From the IMG/VR virus record IMGVR_UViG_3300036546_000207, positions 3,002 through 67,001 of that record: a stretch of DNA of 64,000 bases. One strand, given 5' to 3'. Of this stretch, positions 37,313-47,006 are shown one piece after another. How positions within the stretch are numbered: the first letter of the stretch is position 1; every line of letters begins with the position of its first letter. This DNA comes from a virus (taxonomy: Duplodnaviria; Caudoviricetes). The position numbers and the translations under genes are program-made. The notes below the pieces were generated by a model. It ran no database searches, was not told the origin of the DNA, and was given only the letters and a program-made list of their open reading frames with translations.

Positions 37313-37876
37313 ATGCAACAGCTATCTCAAGAGTACCTAAATGAGATGTTTTCCTACGATCCGGACACTGGTGTTTTGATCTGGAAAACACGACCGCGCC
37401 ACCACTTTCCTGATTTGAGGTCGTTTAAGACGATGAATTCAAAGCTAGCCGGAAAGGAGGCTGGAGCAATTGTTTCTGGCTACAGGCTCATAAACCACAA
37501 AGGCACCCCGTACAGAGCGCACCGCCTCATATGGATTATGGTGCATGGGCACATCGATGAGTCACTTTCTATCGACCACATCGATGGGAATGGCCTCAAC
37601 AACAGGATCAGCAACCTTCGCCTGGTTTCTCATAAGGCAAACCTTAGAAACCAGAGAATGAGATCCAGCAACACCTCGGGTTTTACCGGCGTGTCCTTTG
37701 TAAAAGGCCGAGGGCTGTGGGAGGCGCACATAGGTGGATGTAATGGAAAGAAAAAAACACTTGGCCAGTTCGCCAACAAGGCTGATGCGATTGCAGCTCG
37801 GCGCTCGGCTGAACTGGAGCTTGGATACCACCCAAACCACGGCAAACCACGGACACACGAACGGAGAATGTCATGA
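37313..37876 (+). CDS. HNH homing endonuclease with AP2-like DNA-binding domain
   Basis: AHRLIW..IDHIDGNGLNNRISNLR then NTSGFTGVS..W.A.I..LG.F..A..AR..AE; lower GC than flanks. Confidence 0.88.
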   Translation: MQQLSQEYLNEMFSYDPDTGVLIWKTRPRHHFPDLRSFKTMNSKLAGKEAGAIVSGYRLINHKGTPYRAHRLIWIMVHGHIDESLSIDHIDGNGLNNRISNLRLVSHKANLRNQRMRSSNTSGFTGVSFVKGRGLWEAHIGGCNGKKKTLGQFANKADAIAARRSAELELGYHPNHGKPRTHERRMS

Positions 37877-38823
37877 ACGAGAACACCATGCAGGCCTACC
37901 AGCAGCGCGCTGTTGCCGAACACCAGCCGGACATGCAGGCCCCTTACGCCACGCACACGGCCAATATGCTGATGTCGCCCCAGATCATGGGGCAGATCCA
38001 GAAGTTTGCCGAAGTCATGGCCACCGGCCGTTCCACTGTGCCCAAGCATCTGCAGGGCAGCATGGGCGATTGCATGGCGGTGACCATGCAGGCCGCGCAG
38101 TGGGGCATGAACCCCTTCGCCGTGGCGCAGAAGACGCACCTGGTCAACGGCACTCTGGGTTATGAGGCCCAACTGGTCAATGCGGTAATCAGCTCCTCCC
38201 GGGCAATTCAGGGCCGCTTCAAGTATGAGTACGGCGGCGACTGGCTCAATGAGTCCAAGAAGGATGCCTGGGTGCGTACCGGGGCGATCCTTGCAGGTGA
38301 AAACGAGATCACTTGGGGTGAGCCGGTGTACCTGCATACGATCACTACGCGCAACAGCCCGTTGTGGAAAACAAACCCCAAGCAGCAGGCCGCATACCTG
38401 GCGGTGAAATACTGGGCACGCATGTACTGCCCTGATGTGATTCTGGGCGTCTACACGCCGGACGAGCTGCATGATCGTATCCCGCCGGAGCGTGAGATCA
38501 ACCCGGCAGCCGGCGCCACTCAGGCCAGCTCGCTCAAGAATCGCATGAAGAAAACCCGCGAACCCATCGATGCCGAACCGGCGCCGCGTGATGCGCCCCA
38601 GGCCATGCCGAACTTTGATGAACCGCCACCCGCCCGCGACTTCACCAGCGCGCTGCAGACCATGATCGACGGCATCAAGGAATGCACCAGCGCCGAAGAG
38701 CTGGGCCACTGGGGACAGGACATCAAGGAGTTTGCAGAAGAGCATCCTGAGGTCAATCTGGACACTGTTCGCCAGGCCTTCCACATGAAACAGCGCATCA
38801 TCAAAGGAGATAGCCCCGCATGA
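37873..38823 (+). CDS. recT: RecT-like single-strand annealing protein
   Basis: VPKHLQG..GDCMAV..QA.QWGMNPFAVAQKT..VNG.LGYEAQL..W..Y.PDVILGVYTPDE. Confidence 0.9.
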   Translation: MNENTMQAYQQRAVAEHQPDMQAPYATHTANMLMSPQIMGQIQKFAEVMATGRSTVPKHLQGSMGDCMAVTMQAAQWGMNPFAVAQKTHLVNGTLGYEAQLVNAVISSSRAIQGRFKYEYGGDWLNESKKDAWVRTGAILAGENEITWGEPVYLHTITTRNSPLWKTNPKQQAAYLAVKYWARMYCPDVILGVYTPDELHDRIPPEREINPAAGATQASSLKNRMKKTREPIDAEPAPRDAPQAMPNFDEPPPARDFTSALQTMIDGIKECTSAEELGHWGQDIKEFAEEHPEVNLDTVRQAFHMKQRIIKGDSPA

Positions 38824-39869
38824 ATGCCCCGATACACGACACTGCGCTGATTTCGATCAGCGCCACCCCCGCCGCCATCGCCTTCAACTATGAAGAGACA
38901 CGCGCTTGGCTGGAGCAAGAACTGCAGCAGTACGACATTGTTGTGACTGCAGAAACACTGGCCGGCAGTAAGAAGCTGGCCACTGAGCTGAACAAACTGG
39001 CTGCCGAAATCAGCAAGCGTCGCAAAGAAGCGGTTGCCGAAGTCAGCGCGCCGATCAAGGACTTTGATGACAAGGCCAAATCCCTTGAGCAGATGTGCAA
39101 AGACGGCCGGCAGCGCGTACTCGATCAGGTCAAAGTGTTCGAGGACGAAACCCGAGCACAAGTATTGCGCGTGCTGGTTGATGAGCGCGCGGCGGCATGG
39201 GAGGCGCTAGGTGTTGCTGATGAGTTCCGGCAGTCGATTGTCGATGACCTGGTGAAACTGACCGGATTGACCAAAACCGGCAAGCTGAGCGCTGCCCTGT
39301 CCAACGAGCTGAACAGCCGGGTGCAGGCCGACAAGCAGCTGCAGCAGCAGACTGAAATGCGCCTGCTTCATCTGGAGAACCAGTCATACAAGGCTGGCCT
39401 GGCCGCGCCGCTGTCCCGCGCGCACGTCGAGACATTCCTGTTTGCGCCGGATGATGAGTATGACCAGCGCCTGAGCGCCCTGCTCGACTCTGAACGGGAG
39501 CGTGAACGTATCGCCGAAGAGCGTACCCGTCAGCGCATGGCAGCCGAACAGCGCCGCGCCGAAGAAGAGGCCCAGCGCAGGGCTGCAGTTGAAGTGGTAA
39601 CGCCTGAACCCGAGCCCGTCCGCCAAGCCCATGAGCCTGAATCGACGGTGCAGACACCTGCGACTGAAGAGACTGCAGCTGAAGAAACCTTTGCCTTTGG
39701 CGCCCTGTCCGACCCGGCTGCAGCCAAGGTGGTGAAAGCCACCGCTGCACAGGTCGAGCAGGCCGCCATCGAAACCTCGGAAGAGGCGCCCCTGACACCG
39801 ATCGGCATCTGGCAGCCCGCCGGACTGATCGCCATCGTCTTTAACGCCACTGTTTATCGTAAGGATTGA
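38820..39869 (+). CDS. DUF1351-like coiled-coil protein
   Basis: AIAFNYEE..SKKLATELNKLA..ISKRRKE....SAPI..F; follows recT. Confidence 0.65.
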   Translation: MNAPIHDTALISISATPAAIAFNYEETRAWLEQELQQYDIVVTAETLAGSKKLATELNKLAAEISKRRKEAVAEVSAPIKDFDDKAKSLEQMCKDGRQRVLDQVKVFEDETRAQVLRVLVDERAAAWEALGVADEFRQSIVDDLVKLTGLTKTGKLSAALSNELNSRVQADKQLQQQTEMRLLHLENQSYKAGLAAPLSRAHVETFLFAPDDEYDQRLSALLDSERERERIAEERTRQRMAAEQRRAEEEAQRRAAVEVVTPEPEPVRQAHEPESTVQTPATEETAAEETFAFGALSDPAAAKVVKATAAQVEQAAIETSEEAPLTPIGIWQPAGLIAIVFNATVYRKD

Positions 39870-39872
39870 GCC

Positions 39873-40157
39873 ATGAATAAAGCACAGCTGATTGCCAAGA
39901 TCGCCGCCGAAGCCGATATCACCAAATCAGCAGCAGGCCGGGCACTCGATGCCCTGCTCTGCGCCATTGAGGAAACGCTGGTCAGTGGTGAGTCGATGAG
40001 CCTGAAGGGCTTTGGCACCTTTTCGGTACGCGAACGCGAAGCTCGCGAAGGCCGCAACCCGCGCACCGGTGAGAAAATGACCGTCGATGCGCGCCGCATT
40101 GCGAAATTCAAGCCCAGCGCCATGCTGGTGGATCGCATCAACGGGGAGCCAAACTGA
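39873..40157 (+). CDS. HU-family histone-like DNA-binding protein
   Basis: [37 protein letters not shown]. Confidence 0.95.
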   Translation: MNKAQLIAKIAAEADITKSAAGRALDALLCAIEETLVSGESMSLKGFGTFSVREREAREGRNPRTGEKMTVDARRIAKFKPSAMLVDRINGEPN

Positions 40158-40645
40158 TGGCACGTGGAGTTAACCGCGTAATCCTGATCGGGAATTTGGG
40201 GGGCGACCCCGAGCAGCGCGCAATGCCAAACGGCAATGCCGTAACCAATATCACGCTGGCAACCTCTGAAAGCTGGAAAGACAAGAACACCGGCCAGCAA
40301 CAGGAGCGGACTGAGTGGCATCGCGTGATCTTCTTCAACCGCCTGGCGGAGATTGCGGGTCAGTACCTGGCTAAAGGCTCCAAAGTGTACGTCGAAGGCT
40401 CGCTACGGACGCGCAAATGGCAGGATCAGAGCGGCAATGACCGCTACACCACGGAGATCGTGGCCAGCGAATTGCAAATGCTGGATAGCCGGGGTGATAG
40501 TGGAGCGCCGAATCAGCAACAGGCTCCACAGCGCCAACAACAGCAGCGCCAAGCGCCGCAACAGCAACAGGCGCCCGGCGGTGGTATGCCGGACTTCGAT
40601 GACGACATTCCCTTCGCGCCGTACATGCGCACCATGTGCGTGTAA
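40157..40645 (+). CDS. ssb: Single-stranded DNA-binding protein
   Basis: [42 protein letters not shown]. Confidence 0.95.
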   Translation: MARGVNRVILIGNLGGDPEQRAMPNGNAVTNITLATSESWKDKNTGQQQERTEWHRVIFFNRLAEIAGQYLAKGSKVYVEGSLRTRKWQDQSGNDRYTTEIVASELQMLDSRGDSGAPNQQQAPQRQQQQRQAPQQQQAPGGGMPDFDDDIPFAPYMRTMCV

Positions 40646-40665
40646 TCAACTCCCCGCTTTAATCC

Positions 40666-40691
40666 ATGCCCGGCACTGACCGGGCATTTTA
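40666..40691 (+). terminator. Intrinsic terminator after ssb
   Basis: ATGCCCGG-cactga-CCGGGCAT followed by TTTAT. Confidence 0.7.
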
Positions 40692-40703
40692 TTGGAGAAC
40701 GCC

Positions 40704-41636
40704 ATGTTCCAGCTGAAAAACGTCATTACCTATCAGGCCGCCAACCTGCCGGATGCAGCAACGCTGAACGCTGCGCTTGAGAGTGAGCCCTTTAAGTCCC
40801 CTGGCTCACAGGAACTGTCCAGCAGCGGCTGGACAGCGCCTGCCAGCTTCATCGAAGGCATGGTGGCCGATTGCCACGGCATCCTATTGATCGCCCTGAA
40901 GTAGGAAGAGCGCATGCTGCCTCCGGCGGTTGTACGCGACCAGCTGCAGGCCAAGGTTGAGCTGATCGAAGCCGAACAGAATCGCAAGGTCTACCGCAAG
41001 GAAAAGCTGCAGCTCAAGGATGAAGTTATTTTCGACCTGCTGCCCCAGGCCTTTCTGAAAAGCCGTGTCACCTATGCCCTCATTTGCCCGGAGCAGGGCC
41101 TGATCCATGTCGATGCATCCAGCCACAAACGCGCGGAAGACCTGTTGAATAACCTGCGTCATGCGCTGGGCACACTGTCGGTTCGACTGCCTCAAACAGC
41201 GATATCGCCCGATAAGGTGATGACCAGCTGGCTCAATGGCGAATCCATGCCGCAGGGCTGGCTGCTTGAGGATGAATGCGAGCTGCGCGACCCGGTGACC
41301 AAAGGCGGCCAGATCGTGGCCAAGGGCCAGGATCTGCTCAGTGACGAGATCACCGCGCATATTGAAGGCGGCTATGTCGTTAAGCGCCTGGCACTGGAGT
41401 GGAACCAGCGCCTCAGCTTTGTGCTGCATTCAGATCTGACCCTGCACCGCATTCGCCTTTGTGATGAGTACCGCGAATCCATCGATGCAGAGGCGCCTGA
41501 AGATGCCCAGGCCTATCTCGAATCCGCTGTCTGGTTGTGGGGCAAAGATCTTCACCAGCTCAGCACCGAGCTGATCGAGATTATGGGCGGCGATAACTTC
41601 GCACTCGAACAGGAAACAGACGGCGTAGCGGCCTAA
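40704..41636 (+). pseudogene. rdgC: RdgC recombination-associated protein with in-frame TAG at 40902..40904
   Basis: Track ORFs 40692..40904 and 40914..41636 are in the same frame. Read through they give MFQLKN..GWTAP..LK*EERMLPPAVV..LLPQAF..V.RLALEW, a continuous RdgC. Confidence 0.85.
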
Positions 41637-41674
41637 TCAACCCTTCTGAAAACCCTATCAAGGAACCCGAATAC

Positions 41675-42142
41675 ATGGCTTTTGAATCACTGAATACCCT
41701 GATCACCCGTGCCGGCCAGGTAACGCGCAACCGCAACACCGGCGGCATCACGCTGGCAACCGATCGCCAGAACCCCAAACAGCCCGGTGACGAAGTGCGT
41801 TACACCCTGCGCCTTGATATCAGCGCCGAGGTTGCCAAGCAGGCGCGCCTGATCATGGGCGACCGCGTGGATATCCTGATTGATCGGGAGTCGCGCAAGA
41901 TGATGCTCAAGCGCGTCCATGACGGCGGCTGGAAGCTGGCTCGCTCGGGTGGTGGCGGCAACTTGAAGATCCAGGTGCGCTACCTCGAAGGCATGCCCAG
42001 CGTTCCGGTCTCAGCAGCCTGCAGCAGTGTGCAGCTGACCGATGATGGCGTGGTGTTCAACGTGCCGAAAAGTGCCCGGTTCGATATCAATGCGCGCAAA
42101 GAGCGTGACGAAGAGCCCAAGCAGACCGAAATCGCCGCATAA
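41675..42142 (+). CDS. Hypothetical protein (155 aa)
   Basis: Clean ORF with phage-like codon usage. Confidence 0.65.
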   Translation: MAFESLNTLITRAGQVTRNRNTGGITLATDRQNPKQPGDEVRYTLRLDISAEVAKQARLIMGDRVDILIDRESRKMMLKRVHDGGWKLARSGGGGNLKIQVRYLEGMPSVPVSAACSSVQLTDDGVVFNVPKSARFDINARKERDEEPKQTEIAA

Positions 42143-42157
42143 CGGCAAGGAATACCG

Positions 42158-42589
42158 ATGCAAACCATAGCCAGAAATCACTGGGAGCGTGACAACGCTA
42201 TCAGCGAGATCAACTCAGCCGGGCATATCCCGGTTTCTTTTTACCTGAGCGATATCAAAGCGTGGTTGATCACCACCGAGGAGAACGGAATGCAGGCAGT
42301 AGCCAGAGAGAAAGACGTTATCAAATGGGCCTGTGAACGCAATATCTTTGAAACGGCAACGCCGGTCAGTCAGCACGGTAAAACACTTGAGGAAGTGAAC
42401 GAGCTGACACTTGCCTTGATGATGGGGGACGACGCCGAAACCAAGGACGCCATTGGCGACATTGCCGTGACTCTGATTCTGCAGGCGCATATGCACGGCT
42501 GGACGCTGGGAGAGTGCCTGGAATCAGCCTATCAGGTGATCAAAGACCGCAAGGGCAAGATGGTCGACGGCGTTTTTGTGAAGGAGTAA
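42158..42589 (+). CDS. MazG-like nucleotide pyrophosphohydrolase
   Basis: KTLEEVNEL..KDAIGDIAVTL..CLESAY..IKDRKGKMVDGVFVKE. Confidence 0.8.
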   Translation: MQTIARNHWERDNAISEINSAGHIPVSFYLSDIKAWLITTEENGMQAVAREKDVIKWACERNIFETATPVSQHGKTLEEVNELTLALMMGDDAETKDAIGDIAVTLILQAHMHGWTLGECLESAYQVIKDRKGKMVDGVFVKE

Positions 42590-42592
42590 CCA

Positions 42593-42964
42593 ATGAACTT
42601 CGGACGCATTCGCCCGGGTGACGTGAATCACCAACTGGTTGCAACGGTGTGCGATGCCCTGACCATTGCCGGATTGGAGATGCTTTCTGACCCGGATATG
42701 GTCGCTTACACCACGACTGAATCGCAGCGGATCCGCAAGCGCATCGCCATTGATGACCACAAGCGCGCGACCATTCGCCGCGTGCTCCGGTCTGACGTTA
42801 AGTTCAAGGCCACCACGGCAGACCCTGAGTACATCTTCCTGCTGTCGCGCTTGGCGGCGGTGCCAGACACCACGCTGCTGACGGCAGTCAACGAAATCAA
42901 GGGCGTGCTCGATACCGTGCCCTTTGCCCAATACCACCGCGAACTATCGGAGCTGAGTCTGTGA
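42593..42964 (+). CDS. Hypothetical protein (123 aa)
   Basis: AAGGAG RBS; coupled ORF. Confidence 0.6.
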   Translation: MNFGRIRPGDVNHQLVATVCDALTIAGLEMLSDPDMVAYTTTESQRIRKRIAIDDHKRATIRRVLRSDVKFKATTADPEYIFLLSRLAAVPDTTLLTAVNEIKGVLDTVPFAQYHRELSELSL

Positions 42965-43161
42965 CATCTGAGATCAAATGGAACCCTGCTGCAGATCTGC
43001 CAGAGCGCGGCCTGCGCCTTGTTATTGAGTTGGTCGATGGTCGCGTGGTCGATGGCATCCGGCCACTGGTGGACGCCTCGCACCGCACCAACCCTGACTG
43101 GCGGGATATGCAGGGCAATCGCTTGAATGAAGAGGAGATACTGCAGTGGGCAAGAAAATGA
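42961..43161 (+). CDS. Hypothetical protein (66 aa)
   Basis: GTGA/ATGA coupling on both sides. Confidence 0.55.
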   Translation: MTSEIKWNPAADLPERGLRLVIELVDGRVVDGIRPLVDASHRTNPDWRDMQGNRLNEEEILQWARK

Positions 43162-43850
43162 GCCGCATTGATCAGCAAGCCACTGGTGACCACTACCTCG
43201 AAGACGTGGGTGACGAGCAGCAGCATGTCGACACCCGCGCCGAGCCAGTCGACCAGCGACCGGCAACGGCTCAATACTGGAGAGCTGGCGTGCCGGGCTG
43301 GTACAAAGTGGCGCACGACGGCGAGTGGTGGTCCTGGCCCACTGGCGCGACCAGCTGGAGGCGCACCGTAAGGCCGGCAGAATACGTGATCAGAAACATG
43401 GTTCCGTTGCCGCCGGAAGGAGCGCAGTTCTACTGCCCGGAATCAAATCGATACTTGCGTATGAGCGGAACGGAACCGCCAGATCAGGTATGGACTGAGG
43501 GGGCAGGATGGCAGTTTTATGCGCCGCTTTCGAGCCGTGAAGGGCTGATTGAGCTGGACCATTCCGGTGACACCACCGAAAAGGCCGATCATATTGCCGA
43601 CGCTGGCAAAAAGACCAGAATGGCCGAGCTGTACCCGAAGTATTACAAGGACTTCACCGGTGTTGATGAGGCTGATGTGTACCTGGTTCACGACCGATTC
43701 CAGATCGATGACCCGTCCGGCTGCATCCACCACGCCAGTAAAAAGCTGTTGCTGTGTGGTGTGCGCACCGGTGGCAAGGATATGGCAACCGAGATCAAAG
43801 AAGCCCGCGACACCCTGACGCGGAAACTGCAGTTGATGGGGGTGGAGTGA
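43158..43850 (+). CDS. Hypothetical protein (230 aa), C-terminal DUF3310-like segment
   Basis: YPKYYK..DVY..HHASKKLL..G.RTGGKD..EIKEA pattern. Confidence 0.5.
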   Translation: MSRIDQQATGDHYLEDVGDEQQHVDTRAEPVDQRPATAQYWRAGVPGWYKVAHDGEWWSWPTGATSWRRTVRPAEYVIRNMVPLPPEGAQFYCPESNRYLRMSGTEPPDQVWTEGAGWQFYAPLSSREGLIELDHSGDTTEKADHIADAGKKTRMAELYPKYYKDFTGVDEADVYLVHDRFQIDDPSGCIHHASKKLLLCGVRTGGKDMATEIKEARDTLTRKLQLMGVE

Positions 43851-44224
43851 AGTGGACGACCCGGCATGATCGTGAATTGGTAAGGCTTTGGCCGGACCTT
43901 TCGATACCAGAGATCGAGGAGCAGATAGGGTTCAAAGCCCGCACCATTCGCGACCATGCCAGACGCCTCGGACTCCCCAAGAAATCCACCTGCAATCGTC
44001 GATACACTCCCATTCCCAAAGCCGCAATTGCTGGCCTCGTTACCAGAGGGTACGGCATCACTCAGATAGCCGCCCGCCTGGGTGTTAGCCGCAACACCCT
44101 CACAAAGCAGATGAAGGTCCGGATGCCCACCATATACCAGAGGGTTATCTCGGATTACGGCTACCGGGCACGCGACACGCGGCGGCGAAACAAGGAGCAG
44201 AATAATGACACCAGAACAACTTGA
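43847..44224 (+). CDS. Tandem HTH DNA-binding protein (GcrA-like N-terminus)
   Basis: WT...D.EL..LW...SI.EI...IG.....IR..ARRLGL; second HTH ITQIAARLGVSRNTL. Confidence 0.6.
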   Translation: MKWTTRHDRELVRLWPDLSIPEIEEQIGFKARTIRDHARRLGLPKKSTCNRRYTPIPKAAIAGLVTRGYGITQIAARLGVSRNTLTKQMKVRMPTIYQRVISDYGYRARDTRRRNKEQNNDTRTT

Positions 44225-44468
44225 GCAAGCAGCCCGTCTTTGGAACCGGGTCTGCAATCTACAGCTGAGCGTTACCAGTCTTGGGCATGGCGGCCTGACC
44301 GATATCGTTATGCGCTTTGATGATGGCACAGCCAAGCGTATTACGGATGAATCCTTGATACTGGCCCGCGCCGGTATTGAGCAGGCATTCAGGCGTGAGA
44401 TCGACCAGATCAAGCATGAGCTGCGCACCGAGTTTGGCGTGACTGAAACCGTCCGAGGGGTGGCATGA
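44205..44468 (+). CDS. Hypothetical protein (87 aa)
   Basis: AAGGAG RBS; coupled. Confidence 0.55.
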   Translation: MTPEQLEQAARLWNRVCNLQLSVTSLGHGGLTDIVMRFDDGTAKRITDESLILARAGIEQAFRREIDQIKHELRTEFGVTETVRGVA

Positions 44469-44686
44469 TGCGTGAAAGATTGATTAACGCCTATTGTAAT
44501 ATCGACAACTCAACCATAGACGATTTCACGCTTGCGATGATGGCAAATGTAGAAAACGCCCTCTTAGCTGCAGGCGCGACTCCAGGTGTAGATTACACAT
44601 ACCGCGACCTGCTCAATGCGGTTTCGCCTATCGTTGCTGACCAGTTTCGTTCTGATGCATTGACCTATGCGGTGGAGTGGGATTAA
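44465..44686 (+). CDS. Hypothetical protein (73 aa)
   Basis: Coupled ORF. Confidence 0.55.
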   Translation: MMRERLINAYCNIDNSTIDDFTLAMMANVENALLAAGATPGVDYTYRDLLNAVSPIVADQFRSDALTYAVEWD

Positions 44687-44859
44687 TGACCCAGACAACC
44701 CATTACCCAAAAGGCGGCCGCTGCGCCGCCTGCAAGCACCGTGACAGCGACTGTTCATGGCGGGACTTTGAAAACATGCAGCCGTTGGTAGCCAAAGACA
44801 GCACTGACGAGCAGTTGGTGATCGTGAAATGCACCGGATTTGAGAGGATCGACCGATGA
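44686..44859 (+). CDS. Small Cys-rich protein (57 aa)
   Basis: CAACKH..C..C; TAATG coupling. Confidence 0.55.
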   Translation: MTQTTHYPKGGRCAACKHRDSDCSWRDFENMQPLVAKDSTDEQLVIVKCTGFERIDR

Positions 44860-45344
44860 ATGAATTTGTGTGGCCCAGCGATTTCGACAGGGCTGAAAGC
44901 GATGAGCTGAACCGGGTGTGTGAGTACGCGGAGGAACTGTGGGACGAGGTGGAGCGGTTGCGTGCTCGGCTGTCAGCAGGTGTGGAACCTAGGCCTAACA
45001 TAACAAGACCCCGATCTGGAGCGTCGCAAGCAGCACAGTGGTTTGCCTACTGTCCAGACGGTGGTTTCGAATTTTACAGCACCGAAGCAGAGGCGCTGGA
45101 GGCTGGCGACAGGATCATTCACGGCTTTCTCAACGACTGCTGGGCTGAAGAAGTTTCTGATGTTTTTGTGGGTAAGGCCGCGCACCGTACAGCGCAGGTT
45201 GACCGTGTAGAGCGCCCCGATCTCGTCGATGAAGACGGTAACGGTAGCGATGGGCGGTACTGGGCTGACGAGTGGTCATATATCTGCAACTACGAATTAC
45301 AGCCCATTCAACAAGACATTAAGGAGCAAGCCGATGCATCGTGA
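44856..45344 (+). CDS. Hypothetical protein (162 aa)
   Basis: Coupled ORF. Confidence 0.6.
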   Translation: MNEFVWPSDFDRAESDELNRVCEYAEELWDEVERLRARLSAGVEPRPNITRPRSGASQAAQWFAYCPDGGFEFYSTEAEALEAGDRIIHGFLNDCWAEEVSDVFVGKAAHRTAQVDRVERPDLVDEDGNGSDGRYWADEWSYICNYELQPIQQDIKEQADAS

Positions 45345-46104
45345 ACAGATCAAAGAACTAGCCCTGGCCAACGGCTTCAAGCTGAAACCCCAGCCGGACG
45401 GCACCGAAGACCTGAACCCGTATGTGTATGAGTTTGCGGCGGCGCTTATGGCACCGCTGCAGGCCGAACTGAAACGGCAGCAGGATGAGAACAGCCGCCT
45501 GCTGTTCGCCAACCGGTACAACGCCGATATGTACCGGCAGATCGATGATGAGCGGAAAAGGTTGCAGGCCGAGGTGGAGCGGTTGCAACGCGAGATCGCA
45601 CACTTGCAGATTGAAGTCACAAACCTGCGCGGCCTGAAACCCGAAATTCCACCGATGCCCGGTGAAGACTGGCCGGAAGAGCTGCCTCGCTACATTCTGC
45701 GATGGAATGGTCATAATCAGCCGACATCAGTACCGTATAAAGACGGTTATTGGACGCCGTGGTATTTAGCAAACCGGTTATATGAGGAACTGGAACGCGA
45801 GCGAAAAGCGGTAAAGACGGCTTGGGAGTATCATGGGGATATGAAGCGAGAGCGCGATCAACTGAATGACGAGTTGCGCAGAATGGTCAATAAGCTGAAA
45901 GATGCTTTGGAGGAAGATTGTTTTGTCTCTGAAGACTGGCTGATTCAGCACGATGCCGATGTGATTGAGCGGCTGAAGAATAAACTTTTGGAGTTTGCTA
46001 AGAAATCGCACAGGCATAGGGGGCCAGGTATCGAATTCGCTGTTGATTTGATGGATGACCGTATCGACCAGCTCCGCCATCAGGTTAAGGAGGTGAAGTC
46101 GTGA
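45334..46104 (+). CDS. Hypothetical coiled-coil protein (256 aa)
   Basis: AAGGAG RBS before MHREQIKELALANGFKLK. Confidence 0.6.
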   Translation: MHREQIKELALANGFKLKPQPDGTEDLNPYVYEFAAALMAPLQAELKRQQDENSRLLFANRYNADMYRQIDDERKRLQAEVERLQREIAHLQIEVTNLRGLKPEIPPMPGEDWPEELPRYILRWNGHNQPTSVPYKDGYWTPWYLANRLYEELERERKAVKTAWEYHGDMKRERDQLNDELRRMVNKLKDALEEDCFVSEDWLIQHDADVIERLKNKLLEFAKKSHRHRGPGIEFAVDLMDDRIDQLRHQVKEVKS

Positions 46105-46490
46105 CTAAGCCTGCAGAGATATGGGCCGAAGAGGTTAACGAGGCCATTGACAACCTGAGCGGTGATTGCCCGCTGGCATCAGCTGAGGCAATCGTCTGGG
46201 CCGACAGCGAGATCAAGCGGTTGACCGCCGAAGTCAAAAGCCTGAATAACCAGCTCCAGTGGGCAAATGCAGAATGCAAACGCGCCCGTCTGGATGAACG
46301 CCAGGCCATGACATACCTGAGTCAGGTACGCATTGCCGCCGAGCATGACGGCGACTTCCCTTCACTGGTGGAGCACGTCAAACAGATGACCGAGGCGTTA
46401 CGGGCCGCGCATGAGATGGCCAAGGCGGCATGGATTGAAGGCAGTGAAGCAGGATGGAGAGCTGCGAGGGGTGAAGACAATGACGCATGA
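46101..46490 (+). CDS. Hypothetical coiled-coil protein (129 aa)
   Basis: AGGAGG RBS; GTG start. Confidence 0.6.
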   Translation: MTKPAEIWAEEVNEAIDNLSGDCPLASAEAIVWADSEIKRLTAEVKSLNNQLQWANAECKRARLDERQAMTYLSQVRIAAEHDGDFPSLVEHVKQMTEALRAAHEMAKAAWIEGSEAGWRAARGEDNDA

Positions 46491-46776
46491 AGTGTGTTAC
46501 CAGTGCGGCGGTTTCGGTTGCGCCCACTGCAATTACCATGGGCATCTCGGCCAGCAAGCTGATCCACCAGAGTTCAAATGGCGTGACCTCGGTGACGGGA
46601 AACCAGTCAAAGTGCAGGTATGCCAGATGTGCGGGGTCGCCCCAAGCAACGTAGACGACTGCGGCGAATTCGGTAACCCAGAGTGTCCGTACTTCGGGAT
46701 TGGGCGTGAAGAGTACGAGCAGCGTCAGCTGACAAAAAATAGCAGCGATTCCGGATGGAAGGCAGCGAGGGGTTAG
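46480..46776 (+). CDS. Small zinc-binding protein (98 aa)
   Basis: CYQCGGFGCAHC and CQMCG..C....C.YF motifs. Confidence 0.55.
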   Translation: MTHEVCYQCGGFGCAHCNYHGHLGQQADPPEFKWRDLGDGKPVKVQVCQMCGVAPSNVDDCGEFGNPECPYFGIGREEYEQRQLTKNSSDSGWKAARG

Positions 46777-46778
46777 GA

Positions 46779-47006
46779 ATGAACGATCCGTTCGACTACA
46801 GCGCAACCATCGCAAAGGCTGCAAGCCGCGCTCGAGGCGACAGGCTTGCCGACCTATACCAGATTTGTGAGCAGCAAAAAACAATCTCAACACGAAGGCT
46901 TTGGTGCCTACTTGAAGAGTTGCGGTATGGGGATAGTCAGGACGCCATTCACTTCAAGGCGCTGGCAGACAAGCTGAAGTCGATGCGTCAGGGAGATAGC
47001 CGATGA
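46779..47006 (+). CDS. Hypothetical protein (75 aa)
   Basis: Coupled ORF. Confidence 0.5.
   Translation: MNDPFDYSATIAKAASRARGDRLADLYQICEQQKTISTRRLWCLLEELRYGDSQDAIHFKALADKLKSMRQGDSR

Noticed and set aside
40902-40904. Genome-wide amber (TAG) recoding
   Set aside because: TAG is the normal terminator of int, RT and other genes, and only one gene is interrupted by TAG.
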